A stretch of 64,000 nt of DNA from Candidatus Berkelbacteria bacterium (GCA_026397205.1 JAPLVH010000006.1:13392-77391), one strand, 5' to 3'; counted from the stretch's first letter, positions 47,271 through 58,073 are shown. Notes: generated by a model not told the origin, from the sequence alone. A program made the numbers and translations.

Positions 47271-48217
47271 TTCTTTTTGATTATTTTTTTGATGACATAG
47301 GGTTTTTTATTTTGCGATTCGTAGTAGGTCCGCATCATAAGCTCGGCTAAAATTCCGGTTAGAATTAATTGGATGCCGACGATTAAAAACATCATCGAAA
47401 TTGTCGGTAGCGGCGTTCGGCTGATGGAGATATCGGAGATGATTTTTAAAAGTAGCGACCAAATTGCGAAGCCAATGCTTAAAGCGATGGCATAAAATCC
47501 GTACTTGCCGAAAAAATGCATCGGCCGGCTCATATATTTATGGAGAAATTTCAAAACCTGCAAATCAAGAATTACCTTAAAAATTCTCGAAAATCCGTAT
47601 TTGCTTTTGCCGGCAACTCTAGACCGGTGATTGACGACAACTTCGGTGACCCGACCACCGGACCAAAGGGCATAGACGGAAATGAAGCGGTGCATTTCGC
47701 CGTAAAGTTGAACGCCGGCGATAACATCGCGACGATATGCTTTTAATGAGCAGCCGTTGTCGTGGATTTCGACGCCGGAGGACCAGCGGATAATCCAGTT
47801 GGCGATTTTTGACAGCAGAACGCGGATGAATGCGTCACGGCGATTTTTTCGCCAGCCGGAAACGACAGAATAGCCCTCTTCGATTTTTTCGACTAATTTC
47901 GGAATGTCAGCTGGATCATTTTGCCGGTCGCCATCCATCGGAATAATAATTTCGCCACGCGACTCAACGATGCCGGCCGACAGCGCCGCCGTCTGGCCAA
48001 AATTACGCTCGAAATCAATGACAGTAACTCTTTTGTCTTTACTGGCAAGTTGATTTAAAATCCGAAGCGAATTATCAGTCGAGAAATCATTAACGAAAAT
48101 GATTTCATAACTCCGATCGGTTAATAAAAAAACTTGTCGAATTTCGTCATAAAGTTCTTCGATATTTTCCGCTTCGTTATAAACAGGAATAATAATTGAA
48201 ATGTCAATTTTTGCCAT
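47267..48217 (-). CDS. GT2 polyprenyl-phosphate glycosyltransferase (ArnC/GtrB-like)
   Basis: IPVYNE, RNFGQTAA, MDGDRQNDP and GEMHRF motifs; two C-terminal TMs. Confidence 0.93.
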   Translation of the reverse strand: MAKIDISIIIPVYNEAENIEELYDEIRQVFLLTDRSYEIIFVNDFSTDNSLRILNQLASKDKRVTVIDFERNFGQTAALSAGIVESRGEIIIPMDGDRQNDPADIPKLVEKIEEGYSVVSGWRKNRRDAFIRVLLSKIANWIIRWSSGVEIHDNGCSLKAYRRDVIAGVQLYGEMHRFISVYALWSGGRVTEVVVNHRSRVAGKSKYGFSRIFKVILDLQVLKFLHKYMSRPMHFFGKYGFYAIALSIGFAIWSLLLKIISDISISRTPLPTISMMFLIVGIQLILTGILAELMMRTYYESQNKKPYVIKKIIKKK

Positions 48218-49616
48218 TTCTTCTTCGCTTTTCTTTATTTTCACTCTTCCAGGGACCGATCAAAACAATTGTTGCAATTAAAAGGAGAATGAAAATTATG
48301 TTTTCTAGGTTTCTTTGGACCACAACATAATCGGTCTGGCTAAGAATCGCAATGGCAAAAACTAAAATTGCGATCAGTGTTGCAATAAAACGAATTGAAA
48401 AACGGCGATAAACCACAAAGAAAAGGAAAATTGTTGTTGCCAGAAAAGGAAAATCAATTATCGAAGAAAAATAATTATTAGTTCGAATAACCAAAAGTCC
48501 ACTGACAATCGAGAAGTAGATTACAATTTCTGCCGGAACTTGGCGAACAAAAAGTCGAAACCATTGCCAAAGATTAAAAATTTCTGCCGGCAAATTGATA
48601 ATGAACGGCCTAATTTTCGACCAAAAATATATTGCAACTCCCAAACCAATTAAAACCAATGAAACTAAACTGTATTTCGAACTTCTGGCGCTATTGCCAG
48701 GGTCGGTTGAATCATAAGCCCCGGAGTGACTAACAACATTAAAATAATGCGGCAGATTAAGATTTACTGTTGGCGTCACACTTGACGACCAACTTTCGCC
48801 ATCATAAAAGACACCACTGGTGACAATTTCTTTTTTTGATTGATTACTGCCGAGAGCTAAATTCCGTTCCGAGCGAATAAAAGCAAAGCTGTTTTCCGGC
48901 AAACCAATCTCCACCTGGCTGCCCTTGACTGACATTTTTACATCAGAATCAGAAATCACTCTTGAAAATTGATTTAGAGAGCTAATATTTTTAGTGACAA
49001 AAACAGCACGATCAATTTTATAGTTTGTATCAAGCGGCTTGATTCCGGCAAACTGGTTCGAATCACTATGAAAATTTTTCAGGCGATAAAACTGGCCGAA
49101 GCTCTGATCGGTATCATATTCTCCGCCGTTAATTACCAGTCGGTGGTTGATCGGAGCCGAACCGTCGAAGGAGACATAAAGATCATAATTTTGATCTGTT
49201 GCGTAACGGACAAATTTCTGATAATCGGGATCGGAGAAAAGATTGGAAAAATCGGCCGCCAGCGGATCTTTGGTGTCAATTGTGCCGACACCGGCAAGAA
49301 AGTGATCCGGATCGGAAGACCAGAAAAGGTTGCAGTCGGCAAAGTTCTGTGGCCAAATCGTCGAGGAGATGTAAAAATTTCGGACACCGGGTTGATAGTC
49401 GGCAACAATTTTTGCCGAATTGGCAATCACATTGTCATTTTCAGCATCTGCCGCCTCCGGAGAGTCGTCAGTTGTTGGCGAATAGTTAACGGCAATTATT
49501 TCACTTGAACCTAAATTTAATACCGCCGGTGAAGTTTTTAAATAATAACGAAGCCAGAGCCCGATAATAGTCAGAACCAAAACTGCCAAAAATATTATTC
49601 TGGTTTTAATCCTCAT
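48204..49616 (-). CDS. Hypothetical membrane protein
   Basis: N-terminal TM, extracellular domain, several C-terminal TMs. Confidence 0.65.
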   Translation of the reverse strand: MRIKTRIIFLAVLVLTIIGLWLRYYLKTSPAVLNLGSSEIIAVNYSPTTDDSPEAADAENDNVIANSAKIVADYQPGVRNFYISSTIWPQNFADCNLFWSSDPDHFLAGVGTIDTKDPLAADFSNLFSDPDYQKFVRYATDQNYDLYVSFDGSAPINHRLVINGGEYDTDQSFGQFYRLKNFHSDSNQFAGIKPLDTNYKIDRAVFVTKNISSLNQFSRVISDSDVKMSVKGSQVEIGLPENSFAFIRSERNLALGSNQSKKEIVTSGVFYDGESWSSSVTPTVNLNLPHYFNVVSHSGAYDSTDPGNSARSSKYSLVSLVLIGLGVAIYFWSKIRPFIINLPAEIFNLWQWFRLFVRQVPAEIVIYFSIVSGLLVIRTNNYFSSIIDFPFLATTIFLFFVVYRRFSIRFIATLIAILVFAIAILSQTDYVVVQRNLENIIFILLLIATIVLIGPWKSENKEKRRRNGKN

Positions 49617-52315
49617 TTTTTCCTCCGACGAAAAGATACGATAAATGGTATCACAAGAAGAAAAGCCAAGGACAAAACCTCGCCGATTGTTTCGAATTTT
49701 TGCGGCTCAAATTCAAGATAGAACACGGCTGATTTTTTGCCGCTGGAATCAATTTTGATCAAGCCAGCTTTTTGTAAATCGCTGACTTTAATCGAAAAAC
49801 CGTTGGCATAGCCGTCGGAAACGAAATGCTGGTCGTCAGCAACAATTGGCTTTGAAAACAAGCCGCCAGAATTTCTCAGTTGCCAGTAGTAATTAAAACC
49901 GTCGAGAAAGTTTAGGACAAAGTCGTCGCTGATGTTGTCGGCAGTAATTCGAAAACCGGTTTCAGATAGCTTATCAAAGGTGATTTTCGGCGGTTGATTT
50001 TTCGGCAACTCCTCATCAACCTGAACAAACAGCGGAACAAGACCGCTCTCGACTTGAAAAATGCTAACGCCGTTATCTAATTTTATTCCGCCGATCTTCT
50101 TCAGAGAGTTGGAGCTTGCAGACAGTGTGTAATTTGAATCGTTTATCTTAAAATTTTCACTGCTTCCGGGCGAGGAACTTTGGAACCAGACAGTCATGTT
50201 TTCACCGCCATTTTCGGCGTAGACCAAATAGCGACCGGCGTTACTCTCAAGGAAACTGGCTTTTTTAAGCTGGGTTAGTGCTTTGTCATTTTCTTCGCGC
50301 AAACCGTTGTCAAGCATTTTATTTTTATTCTGCTCATTCAGCCACCAAATTGTCATTGGAATTTTTTCGCTCAAATCCTTAAGAGAAAAAAATTGATAAA
50401 TCCTGGGATTAGTTGAAACATATTTCGAGAAGGATGTGTCCTGATAGTTAAATGTGAGGGCGGTTTTGTCGCCGAATAAATTATTTAAATTGATCAAATT
50501 ACCGATCTGATAAAAATCATTAACGGAAATTATTTGGTCGGAAATGAAATTGGCCAATATTTTTTGAAAATTTGATTTAATTTCGACCGGTCCGGACATC
50601 GAATCAATTAAATTTGTCTGCGGCAAAAATTTGACGGCAAAAATATCGCCGCTGTCATAGTAGACCTCCACTTTGCCACTTGCCACTAGAGCTTTTAATT
50701 TCGACTCAAAGTCGGTTTCTTGCTTTGTGTCCCAATCATAAATCTGCATATCGCGACGGATGACGATAAGATCGCTACCGGTAATTTTCATCAACGACAG
50801 CAAACTCCCGACATCCTGATTCTTTACCGCTTCAGTTAATTGATAGATTATTTCCGACGGCACCGCTTGACCACGGCTGGAGATGCTGATAACGCCGGGA
50901 ACGGAAGAAAAACTCGGATAAACATCAGCAATTTCATTAAAGGCGCCAGAGAATTTTTGATCGTCGGTTAAAGAAAGTTTGCCGCCAATCGGCAAATAAA
51001 GTGCCCGACTGATCTCTTTATCGTTTGAAACTTTAGCGTCAAATTGATCATAATCGCTCGGCCAGACTTTAGTTCGAAAACGAAAATCGTAATCTTGAGT
51101 ATTGCCGGAAAAAAGCTTTCCAGTCCAAAACGGTATAATATTCAAAAACAGAATAAGAAAAATAATGGCGATATAAATTTTTTTGCCCCGCCAGAGAAAA
51201 ATATTATCCAAAGTAATTCCGATCATTGCTACCAGGGAGAATGTTGATAATGTGGTAAACCGAGCGACATCGCGAATCAAATTCGAAAACGGCAATTTGG
51301 CAACAGTATTTCTATCAACAGAGAAAAGTAAAACCAAGGTCAAGAAAAGCAAAATCAAGTAACCAAGGTGACGACGAAATTTCCGCCAATAAAAAAGAGC
51401 GGAAAAACCGAGTAGTGGAGTGATATAGGCCAGTGGCCAAAGGACATTGGGATAACTATCCTCAAACTGGTAGTTAAATAAACTGCCCCAAAGTTTGATG
51501 ATGTTTGATGAGTAAAGCCGATAGGAAGTGCCGACGCTATCGGCTCCCCAAACCAGAGCGCTACCGGTCACTGCCTTGTCCGGCATAAGCAGAAGCGACG
51601 GCAACCAATACAAATTTAGGAGAAAAAAGGTAGTGAAGGTCACAAATCCGTATTTTAAACCAAGAAAGAAAAGCTCCTTGCCCCGACAATATCCGATAAT
51701 GACAAAGAAAAGTGTCAGCGGATACCAGATCAAGGTTTGTGATTGGATCATCGCTAGAGCAAAAATCAGGCCGGCCAGAACTGCCTGACGGGAGTTTCTT
51801 TGATCAACTGCCTGAATAAAAAAGTAGATAAACAGTGGTAAAAGGGCCAAAGCAAAGAGAACATAAATCCAGCCCATCAAGGCATAATCAAAAAAAATCG
51901 GGCTGAAAATAAAGACCAAGCCGGCTATCATTGCCGGAATCGGTCGAAGACCGATTTTGCCAAGAAAAAGTCGCATGTTGGCGGCGGCGGCGGCAAAAAT
52001 TACCAGTAAAAATAATTTCACTGTCAGTGAGATCGAAACGCCGAGGAGTGCCAAAAGATATGCCGGACCAAAAAAGATAATTGATGTTGGCGCTAACTGG
52101 CGAGTACCAAAAAGCTGACCGGCATGAGTCCAAGACGACAAAAGAGAAGTGAAAGAAACCTTAAGTTGAGAAAAATTCGCCGGCATTCCCCAATCGCCGC
52201 CAGAGATCGAACCGGGCATAATAAACAATTTGAAAAGCACGGCAAAAGATACCAGCAAATAAAATAAAAAATACCAGCGATAATTTGTCAGGAATTTTTC
52301 TTTGAAATTTTCCAT
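49613..52315 (-). CDS. Large multi-TM GT-C-like protein (AftD-like)
   Basis: GGDWG, FIFSP and RDVARF motifs; HFVSDGYANGF C-terminal domain plus TM. Confidence 0.65.
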   Translation of the reverse strand: MENFKEKFLTNYRWYFLFYLLVSFAVLFKLFIMPGSISGGDWGMPANFSQLKVSFTSLLSSWTHAGQLFGTRQLAPTSIIFFGPAYLLALLGVSISLTVKLFLLVIFAAAAANMRLFLGKIGLRPIPAMIAGLVFIFSPIFFDYALMGWIYVLFALALLPLFIYFFIQAVDQRNSRQAVLAGLIFALAMIQSQTLIWYPLTLFFVIIGYCRGKELFFLGLKYGFVTFTTFFLLNLYWLPSLLLMPDKAVTGSALVWGADSVGTSYRLYSSNIIKLWGSLFNYQFEDSYPNVLWPLAYITPLLGFSALFYWRKFRRHLGYLILLFLTLVLLFSVDRNTVAKLPFSNLIRDVARFTTLSTFSLVAMIGITLDNIFLWRGKKIYIAIIFLILFLNIIPFWTGKLFSGNTQDYDFRFRTKVWPSDYDQFDAKVSNDKEISRALYLPIGGKLSLTDDQKFSGAFNEIADVYPSFSSVPGVISISSRGQAVPSEIIYQLTEAVKNQDVGSLLSLMKITGSDLIVIRRDMQIYDWDTKQETDFESKLKALVASGKVEVYYDSGDIFAVKFLPQTNLIDSMSGPVEIKSNFQKILANFISDQIISVNDFYQIGNLINLNNLFGDKTALTFNYQDTSFSKYVSTNPRIYQFFSLKDLSEKIPMTIWWLNEQNKNKMLDNGLREENDKALTQLKKASFLESNAGRYLVYAENGGENMTVWFQSSSPGSSENFKINDSNYTLSASSNSLKKIGGIKLDNGVSIFQVESGLVPLFVQVDEELPKNQPPKITFDKLSETGFRITADNISDDFVLNFLDGFNYYWQLRNSGGLFSKPIVADDQHFVSDGYANGFSIKVSDLQKAGLIKIDSSGKKSAVFYLEFEPQKFETIGEVLSLAFLLVIPFIVSFRRRKK

Positions 52316-52328
52316 CGTTTGCCAAAAT

Positions 52329-53282
52329 TTATACTCTCTGATAGCCAAAGATAAATCCACGAATTGAAAACAGCAAACTGATAAAAAGCAAATAGACATT
52401 TAGAAACGGCAAAAGCAAAATTCGCCAGTTTTTATATTCAGCCAGGAACATCAGCTTGGTGTAATAAAAAGCATATACTATTATGAGCGCAATTCCAAGA
52501 GGACGCAAATACGGCACCAACAGCGAGATCAAAAGAAGCTCGCGGAAAAAAGCACTAACGATTTGTTTTGGGGACTGAATGACTCCAAGTCGCAGCATTA
52601 CTCCTTGGGCCTCGGAATACTGGCACTGTTTTTTGATGATGTCACTAAGTGAAAATTTTTTGTCATCGCGGTGAAGATGGATAATCTCCGCCTCAGACGG
52701 AACGATTCTGCCGATTTTTTTCAAGCGGTTGATAATCTCGCCATCTTCGCCGGCGGTCCGAAAATTTTTCTGATCGAAACCGCCGATTTTCAGCAGTGAC
52801 GACTTTCGGAAACAATCAAATTTGCCGTCGAGTCCGGAGTATTTTTTTCCGACTAGTCGCGAGAAAAAAACTTTCTGCCAGAAATTATATTTTTGCCAAA
52901 CTTCTTTTGGATGCAAAACATTGTGGTAAGCGGCGACGATTTCCGGCTGATCTTTTTCGAATGGCTCGATCAATTTTGATAGCGAATTTTTTTTGAATAT
53001 CACATCTTGGTGGAGTGTCACAATCAACTCCGACTTTGATTTTTTGATTCCCTCGTTATAACTCGCCGCCAGCCCAATCGGTTTTTTGTGATTGATAATC
53101 GTCGCATTTTTAAGTTTTTTCGACTTAACAAAACCAGAAATAATTTTAAATGAGTCATCGCGAGAGCCGTCGTTGATTAAAAAAATTTCATCAATTTTGA
53201 TGCTTTGTTTAACCAAACTGTCTAAAGTTTTCTCAATTGTCGAAGCGCCGTTATAAATCGGCACGAGGATGCTGATCGTCAT
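52329..53282 (-). CDS. GT2 glycosyltransferase
   Basis: VPIYNG, INDGSRD, LHQD and AGED motifs. Confidence 0.9.
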   Translation of the reverse strand: MTISILVPIYNGASTIEKTLDSLVKQSIKIDEIFLINDGSRDDSFKIISGFVKSKKLKNATIINHKKPIGLAASYNEGIKKSKSELIVTLHQDVIFKKNSLSKLIEPFEKDQPEIVAAYHNVLHPKEVWQKYNFWQKVFFSRLVGKKYSGLDGKFDCFRKSSLLKIGGFDQKNFRTAGEDGEIINRLKKIGRIVPSEAEIIHLHRDDKKFSLSDIIKKQCQYSEAQGVMLRLGVIQSPKQIVSAFFRELLLISLLVPYLRPLGIALIIVYAFYYTKLMFLAEYKNWRILLLPFLNVYLLFISLLFSIRGFIFGYQRV

Positions 53283-53283
53283 A

Positions 53284-53955
53284 TTACTTTTTTTTGACGC
53301 TGAAAAGTTCGAAAGCACCGGCAGGAAAACGATAAGTGAAAAATTGCGACAATGATGCGATAATAAACCAGAATGTCCGTGGTTTCAAGCGAATTGATGA
53401 AGTCAGATCATCGCCCATCGTATCATTTTCGACTTCCTGACGGAGAAATTTAACACCGGCGAGTCCGTGACTTTTGAACCCAAGCGATTTCATTTTAGCA
53501 AAATCCCAACCGGAAAGATGTTTTTGCCAAGGATTGTTATCAACCGCTTTCTGTTTAATAAAACCGTTTGGCGAGGTGATAATGACTTTTTTCTTCGCCC
53601 ATTTCTCCGCCAGTTTGATGATTTTTCGGCCGACCGGGGACGGCAAATGTTCCAAAACCTCGATCATAATCACGGCATCAAAGGAATTTTCCGGAAAATC
53701 CAAATCCTCAATCTTTTTTTTCAAATATCGGCTGTGAATTTTTTTCGCCTTCGATTCCGCCAAATAGCGGTCGAAAATTTCAACGCCGACGCTCTCCTTT
53801 ACATTTTGGCAAAACTGAAGCGGTGACGACGGACCGCAACCCAAATCCAGAACACTCCGGCAATCCTTTAGTTCGCGTCGCAAGCAATAGACGACGGTCG
53901 GAAAAAAGGAGTTGATTATTCGGTTATGATAAAGTTTGGCAATTAGTTTTTTCAT
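53284..53955 (-). CDS. Class I SAM methyltransferase
   Basis: VLDLGCG, FDAVIMIEVLEHL and SPNGF motifs. Confidence 0.9.
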   Translation of the reverse strand: MKKLIAKLYHNRIINSFFPTVVYCLRRELKDCRSVLDLGCGPSSPLQFCQNVKESVGVEIFDRYLAESKAKKIHSRYLKKKIEDLDFPENSFDAVIMIEVLEHLPSPVGRKIIKLAEKWAKKKVIITSPNGFIKQKAVDNNPWQKHLSGWDFAKMKSLGFKSHGLAGVKFLRQEVENDTMGDDLTSSIRLKPRTFWFIIASLSQFFTYRFPAGAFELFSVKKK

Positions 53956-54915
53956 CCGGTAAATAAATTAATTCGAGTCAATTTCCTTGAATTCAATCTA
54001 TCTTTGTACCAATCAACCAGCGGAATTAGAATTGGCCGCGGTGTGATCGCCAATCCGAGAAAGTAAAACCAAAATCGAGCTGACAAAAGATTTTTCGGCC
54101 GATACTTCAAAAGCGTCCGGGCTTCGCGCAAAAAGATCCGATACTTGGTTTTGATAACGTTTGCCGGCAAAAACCGTCTTGAACATCCTGACCCAAGTAA
54201 ATGTTGGCGACGGCTGATAAATTGATGACAGAGATCGGGTTTGCGACGACAAAATTCGGACGGCTAAAATATAATCTTTAAGAAATACCGCTTTGTGTTT
54301 TTTGAAAATCGACATAAAAGGATAAATGTGAGCCGGAAAGATGTCCGGATGAATCGGCAAGTCCATCCAATCGCGCCGGTAACAGAGGCCAGAGAGTTGG
54401 CCGACCGATTCGATGACTTTTTCAAAAACCTGCCGACCGTCGCTGGCGGAGATTAAACGGTCGGCCGATTCGTCGAGCGGCCGGACAACCCGAACGGCAG
54501 AGTTGACATCATTCTGCTCAAACCAATAATACGGTCGAGTGACGACACCGACATCTTTGTCCATTTTAAAAGCGACAAGAGTTTTTTCCAGCGCTTGCGA
54601 TGACAAAATGTCGTCGTTGCCCATCAAATAAATATATTTCCCTGACGCCAGCTGCCGGCAACGCTCCAAATTACCCGAATAGCCGAGGTTTTTTTCGTTC
54701 CGGAAATATTTAATTCGCCGATCTTTTTTTTGCCAGTTTTTGATCACTTTCTCCGTGTCATCCGGCGAACAATCATCAACGATAATGAGTTCAAAATCGC
54801 TGAAAGTTTGATCCAAAATACTTTTGATCGTCGCGCCAATTATTCCGGCTGACTTATATGCCGGAATCAAAACGGAAAAAGTTGGTTTCGATATTTTCTT
54901 TTTGACATTCGTCAT
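53952..54915 (-). pseudogene. GT2 glycosyltransferase frameshifted near 54150
   Basis: GT2 motifs in 54013-54915; a plausible C-terminus (YRIFLREARTLLKYRP...) continues in another frame to 53952 with ATGA coupling to the next gene. Confidence 0.7.
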
Positions 54916-56096
54916 TTGGATTTTATCCTTTCATTTGACATTTGTAATTTGGCATTTGAAATTATTTTCATTTCCTCGGCGGCGATTGCCTGCCAGCTAT
55001 ATTTTTTTACCACACTTCTACCCCGAGATGCAAGTTTAGCCAAAGATTTTTGATTTTTTAAGAGCGAGGAGATTTTTTCGGCAAAATTTTTCCTCTCGCC
55101 GATTCCCGCCGTCACAACCGCACCGGCAAAAACTTCGGCGTAAACCGGCAAATTCCAAGCGACGACCGGAACGCCGGCGGCAAACGCTTCAGCGATCGCA
55201 ATGCCAAAACCCTCTTCGTGGCTGGGAAAAATAAACAGCTCCGATGATTTTAGAATTTTGTAGGCCACTTCATCCGGCAAAAAACCGAGAATTTCGATGT
55301 TTTTTTTAAGGCCGAGATTCTCGAATTCTTTTCGCAGTTGATCTTTTATCGCCTGACTCCCGCCGCCGATAATTTTTAGTTTGGCGTCAGAATTTTTGGC
55401 AACGACTTCCCGCCAAATCTCCGGCAGATCAAATATTCCTTTTGACGGAACCAGCCGAGCCAAAAAACAAGCTTGGTTTTTATTTTTTTTCGCTTTGATC
55501 TTTTCAAAATATTTCATATCAATGCCGCACGGATTTACGCCAATTTTATTTTTTTCGAGATGATACTTGTGAATTAGTTCTTCTCGAACTTGATAATTGA
55601 TGTTAACGATTTTGTCGGCCCGGCGCTGAATCAATTTTAGACAACGGTTTTGGGAAACGCCGGCAAAGAAATTGATAATTTTATTGCCCGGTCGTTTTCG
55701 CCAGTTTGGATACAGATGGAAAATGCACTGAACCCAAATCGCCGACGGATTTTTACTTTTATATTTCGTCGCCGGCAAAACCTCGGTGATAAAATCCGAA
55801 CCGCAATAAATAATATCGTAATTTTTTTTGACAATTTCTCGCTTCACCCAACGGCTACGCCAAAAATAGGCCGGAAAAATTCCAAAGCGATCAAATTTTT
55901 TCGGCGCAACAATAAAGTTAGCACTCGGAAGACCGCTGGCCATTGACTTCTTTCCGTCAGTCGAAGTCCAGACATCAACTTGAAAATTTTTGCCGATTCG
56001 ATTGAAAATCTTAATCAGCCGCTGGTCACCGCCGCTCATGCCGGCACCAGAAACCCAAAAAGAATTAAGTAATAAAGCAATTTTTGGTTTTTCCAT
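54912..56096 (-). CDS. GT4 glycosyltransferase
   Basis: SGGD, RLVPSKG and PSHEEGFGIAIAEA motifs. Confidence 0.93.
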   Translation of the reverse strand: MEKPKIALLLNSFWVSGAGMSGGDQRLIKIFNRIGKNFQVDVWTSTDGKKSMASGLPSANFIVAPKKFDRFGIFPAYFWRSRWVKREIVKKNYDIIYCGSDFITEVLPATKYKSKNPSAIWVQCIFHLYPNWRKRPGNKIINFFAGVSQNRCLKLIQRRADKIVNINYQVREELIHKYHLEKNKIGVNPCGIDMKYFEKIKAKKNKNQACFLARLVPSKGIFDLPEIWREVVAKNSDAKLKIIGGGSQAIKDQLRKEFENLGLKKNIEILGFLPDEVAYKILKSSELFIFPSHEEGFGIAIAEAFAAGVPVVAWNLPVYAEVFAGAVVTAGIGERKNFAEKISSLLKNQKSLAKLASRGRSVVKKYSWQAIAAEEMKIISNAKLQMSNERIKSK

Positions 56097-56106
56097 TTCT
56101 CAATAA

Positions 56107-56715
56107 TTATTTTTTAGCTGAAACAAAAAGATATTGCGCCAATGATTTAATCACTGGGCTGTTCAAACCACGATTTGCCCTCCCTCTAAGACCAAACCAA
56201 AATGACTCAACACCGACTTCTCTAAAGTTGATTTTTTGGAATAAAATTTTTAGTTCTCCCGAAATGTACTCTCGCAAATGTATAACTTCCCCCAACCGAC
56301 TATCTTCGGACAAAACATACGGATATCTAACTGGTTTTCCAGCAATTTTCATCAACATATTGGAAAAACGAGTTCTGTTTGGGGTTGCCAAAAAAACTTC
56401 ACCATTTTTTTTAAGGACACGATGAATTTCATTCAAAAAAAATAAATCATTTTCGACGTGTTCAATCACATCAAAACTCACAACGACATCAAATTCTTGA
56501 TTCGTGAATGGCAATTTTTTGCCGTCATATTTTATAAAATCGAACTTCTTAACAAATTTTTTCTGCCGAAAATCGTTAATGTCAACTCCAATAACCTCAT
56601 TTCGATCATGAGAAAACATCGAAGTATAATCTCCAGTTCCGCAACCAACATCTAAAATTCTTCTGCCCTTGACTTGATCGGCAAATCTTTTGATTTTATT
56701 TTCGTAGGCAACCAT
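56107..56715 (-). CDS. Class I SAM methyltransferase (start uncertain)
   Basis: ILDVGCGTG, FDVIEHV, TPN and HLREY motifs. Confidence 0.88.
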   Translation of the reverse strand: MVAYENKIKRFADQVKGRRILDVGCGTGDYTSMFSHDRNEVIGVDINDFRQKKFVKKFDFIKYDGKKLPFTNQEFDVVVSFDVIEHVENDLFFLNEIHRVLKKNGEVFLATPNRTRFSNMLMKIAGKPVRYPYVLSEDSRLGEVIHLREYISGELKILFQKINFREVGVESFWFGLRGRANRGLNSPVIKSLAQYLFVSAKK

Positions 56716-56749
56716 ACATTTATCTTTTTTGATCATCAGGGTGCTTTTC

Positions 56750-57646
56750 TTAATTTCTTTTTCGCATAATAAATTTGACGCCGACCGAAAATCGCAGATA
56801 AAACATTCCAGCGGATAAAATCGGATGAGCCAGAAGTTTTTTCCACTTTCCATTTTCAATAAAAACGGCGAAGTAGCGGTATTTCAAACCGAGTTGACGA
56901 CAGATGTCCGGATCATTTTTTCCCCACTTTTTAATATAAGTATCAAAACTTCCGGCGTAATAACTTTTTTTTGCCAGATATTTTTTTAAATTGAATTCTG
57001 CTTCGTTGTGGTAAATAACTGGGCCAAAATTCTCCGGATAAACTCCGCGTAAACTAATAAATTTTGACATTTTCCATTTTGATATTTTGTCACCAGCATA
57101 TAATAAACCGATTTTGCCGATCTTTTTCATTTTTTTGTCAATGTCCCAATCCTCCGGGCCAGACATTGATTCATCAAACCCGCCGGCTTTAACGAATTTT
57201 TCTTTGCCAAAAAATCTGGCGCCATCAATCACCGTTCCATTATAAAAAGTCCGCTCAAATCGTCGAACTCGGCTCCAAAAGTTTTTTCCAAGAACAATCT
57301 CTGGGATGTGAAGTGCGACAAAAATTTTTTTTGACATTAATTCGACGCAATTGGCGATCAAATTCGGCGCTAAAATCATGTCGCAATCAATAAACATTAC
57401 ATATTTGCCAGCCGACTTTTCGATCATACCGTAATTTCTCTGCGCCGATCGCTCCGGTCCTTTATTATAAACTTTTCTGGTATATTTCATGGCGATCTCT
57501 TTTGTTCGATCGGTCGAGCCGTTGTCAACCAAAATAATTTCGATCGGCTCGTATGTCTGGGCCAAAATTGACTTCATGACATTATCAACATTTTTTGCCT
57601 CGTTTTTGGTCGTGATGACTAAACTGACGAGCGGGTTATTTTTCAT
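56750..57646 (-). CDS. GT2 glycosyltransferase
   Basis: TKNE, VDNGSTD, GPERSAQRN, FIDCD and GPED motifs. Confidence 0.92.
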   Translation of the reverse strand: MKNNPLVSLVITTKNEAKNVDNVMKSILAQTYEPIEIILVDNGSTDRTKEIAMKYTRKVYNKGPERSAQRNYGMIEKSAGKYVMFIDCDMILAPNLIANCVELMSKKIFVALHIPEIVLGKNFWSRVRRFERTFYNGTVIDGARFFGKEKFVKAGGFDESMSGPEDWDIDKKMKKIGKIGLLYAGDKISKWKMSKFISLRGVYPENFGPVIYHNEAEFNLKKYLAKKSYYAGSFDTYIKKWGKNDPDICRQLGLKYRYFAVFIENGKWKKLLAHPILSAGMFYLRFSVGVKFIMRKRN

Positions 57647-58073
57647 TTTTTATCCAAAGTTTTTTATGGTCGAAGTTTTTGGCGATGCGAAAAGTTAAAA
57701 AATATGTCGGCCAGACGGCGCCATTGCAGAAAGTATCATAGAAAAGATGAAATAAATTGGCAAAACCAAGCGAGAAAAACAGCCAACCAAGATTCGGAAA
57801 GATCAAACTGAGCACAATCAGAATTATCGCAAATTCGAAACCGTGAAAAAAAACATAAACTTTTCCCGAATCGTCAAAATGTTTACCGGAAAAAAAATCG
57901 TTTATGTTGAATTTCCAGCCACGATGAATAAAATAGTCAATCAGGTGGTCAGCGTCGAGAAAAAAACCGGAGGCTATGGCCAGCGGAACCGCCCAAAAAT
58001 TGCCAGTTAATTTTCCAACAACCAAACCGATTGCAACTGACAAAACGAAATGAATAAATTCGTCAATAAACAT
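57636..58073 (-). CDS. Membrane-bound metal-dependent hydrolase-like protein
   Basis: H, D-x-DH, FHGFE and HLFYD motifs with TMs. Confidence 0.6.
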   Translation of the reverse strand: MFIDEFIHFVLSVAIGLVVGKLTGNFWAVPLAIASGFFLDADHLIDYFIHRGWKFNINDFFSGKHFDDSGKVYVFFHGFEFAIILIVLSLIFPNLGWLFFSLGFANLFHLFYDTFCNGAVWPTYFLTFRIAKNFDHKKLWIKNEK

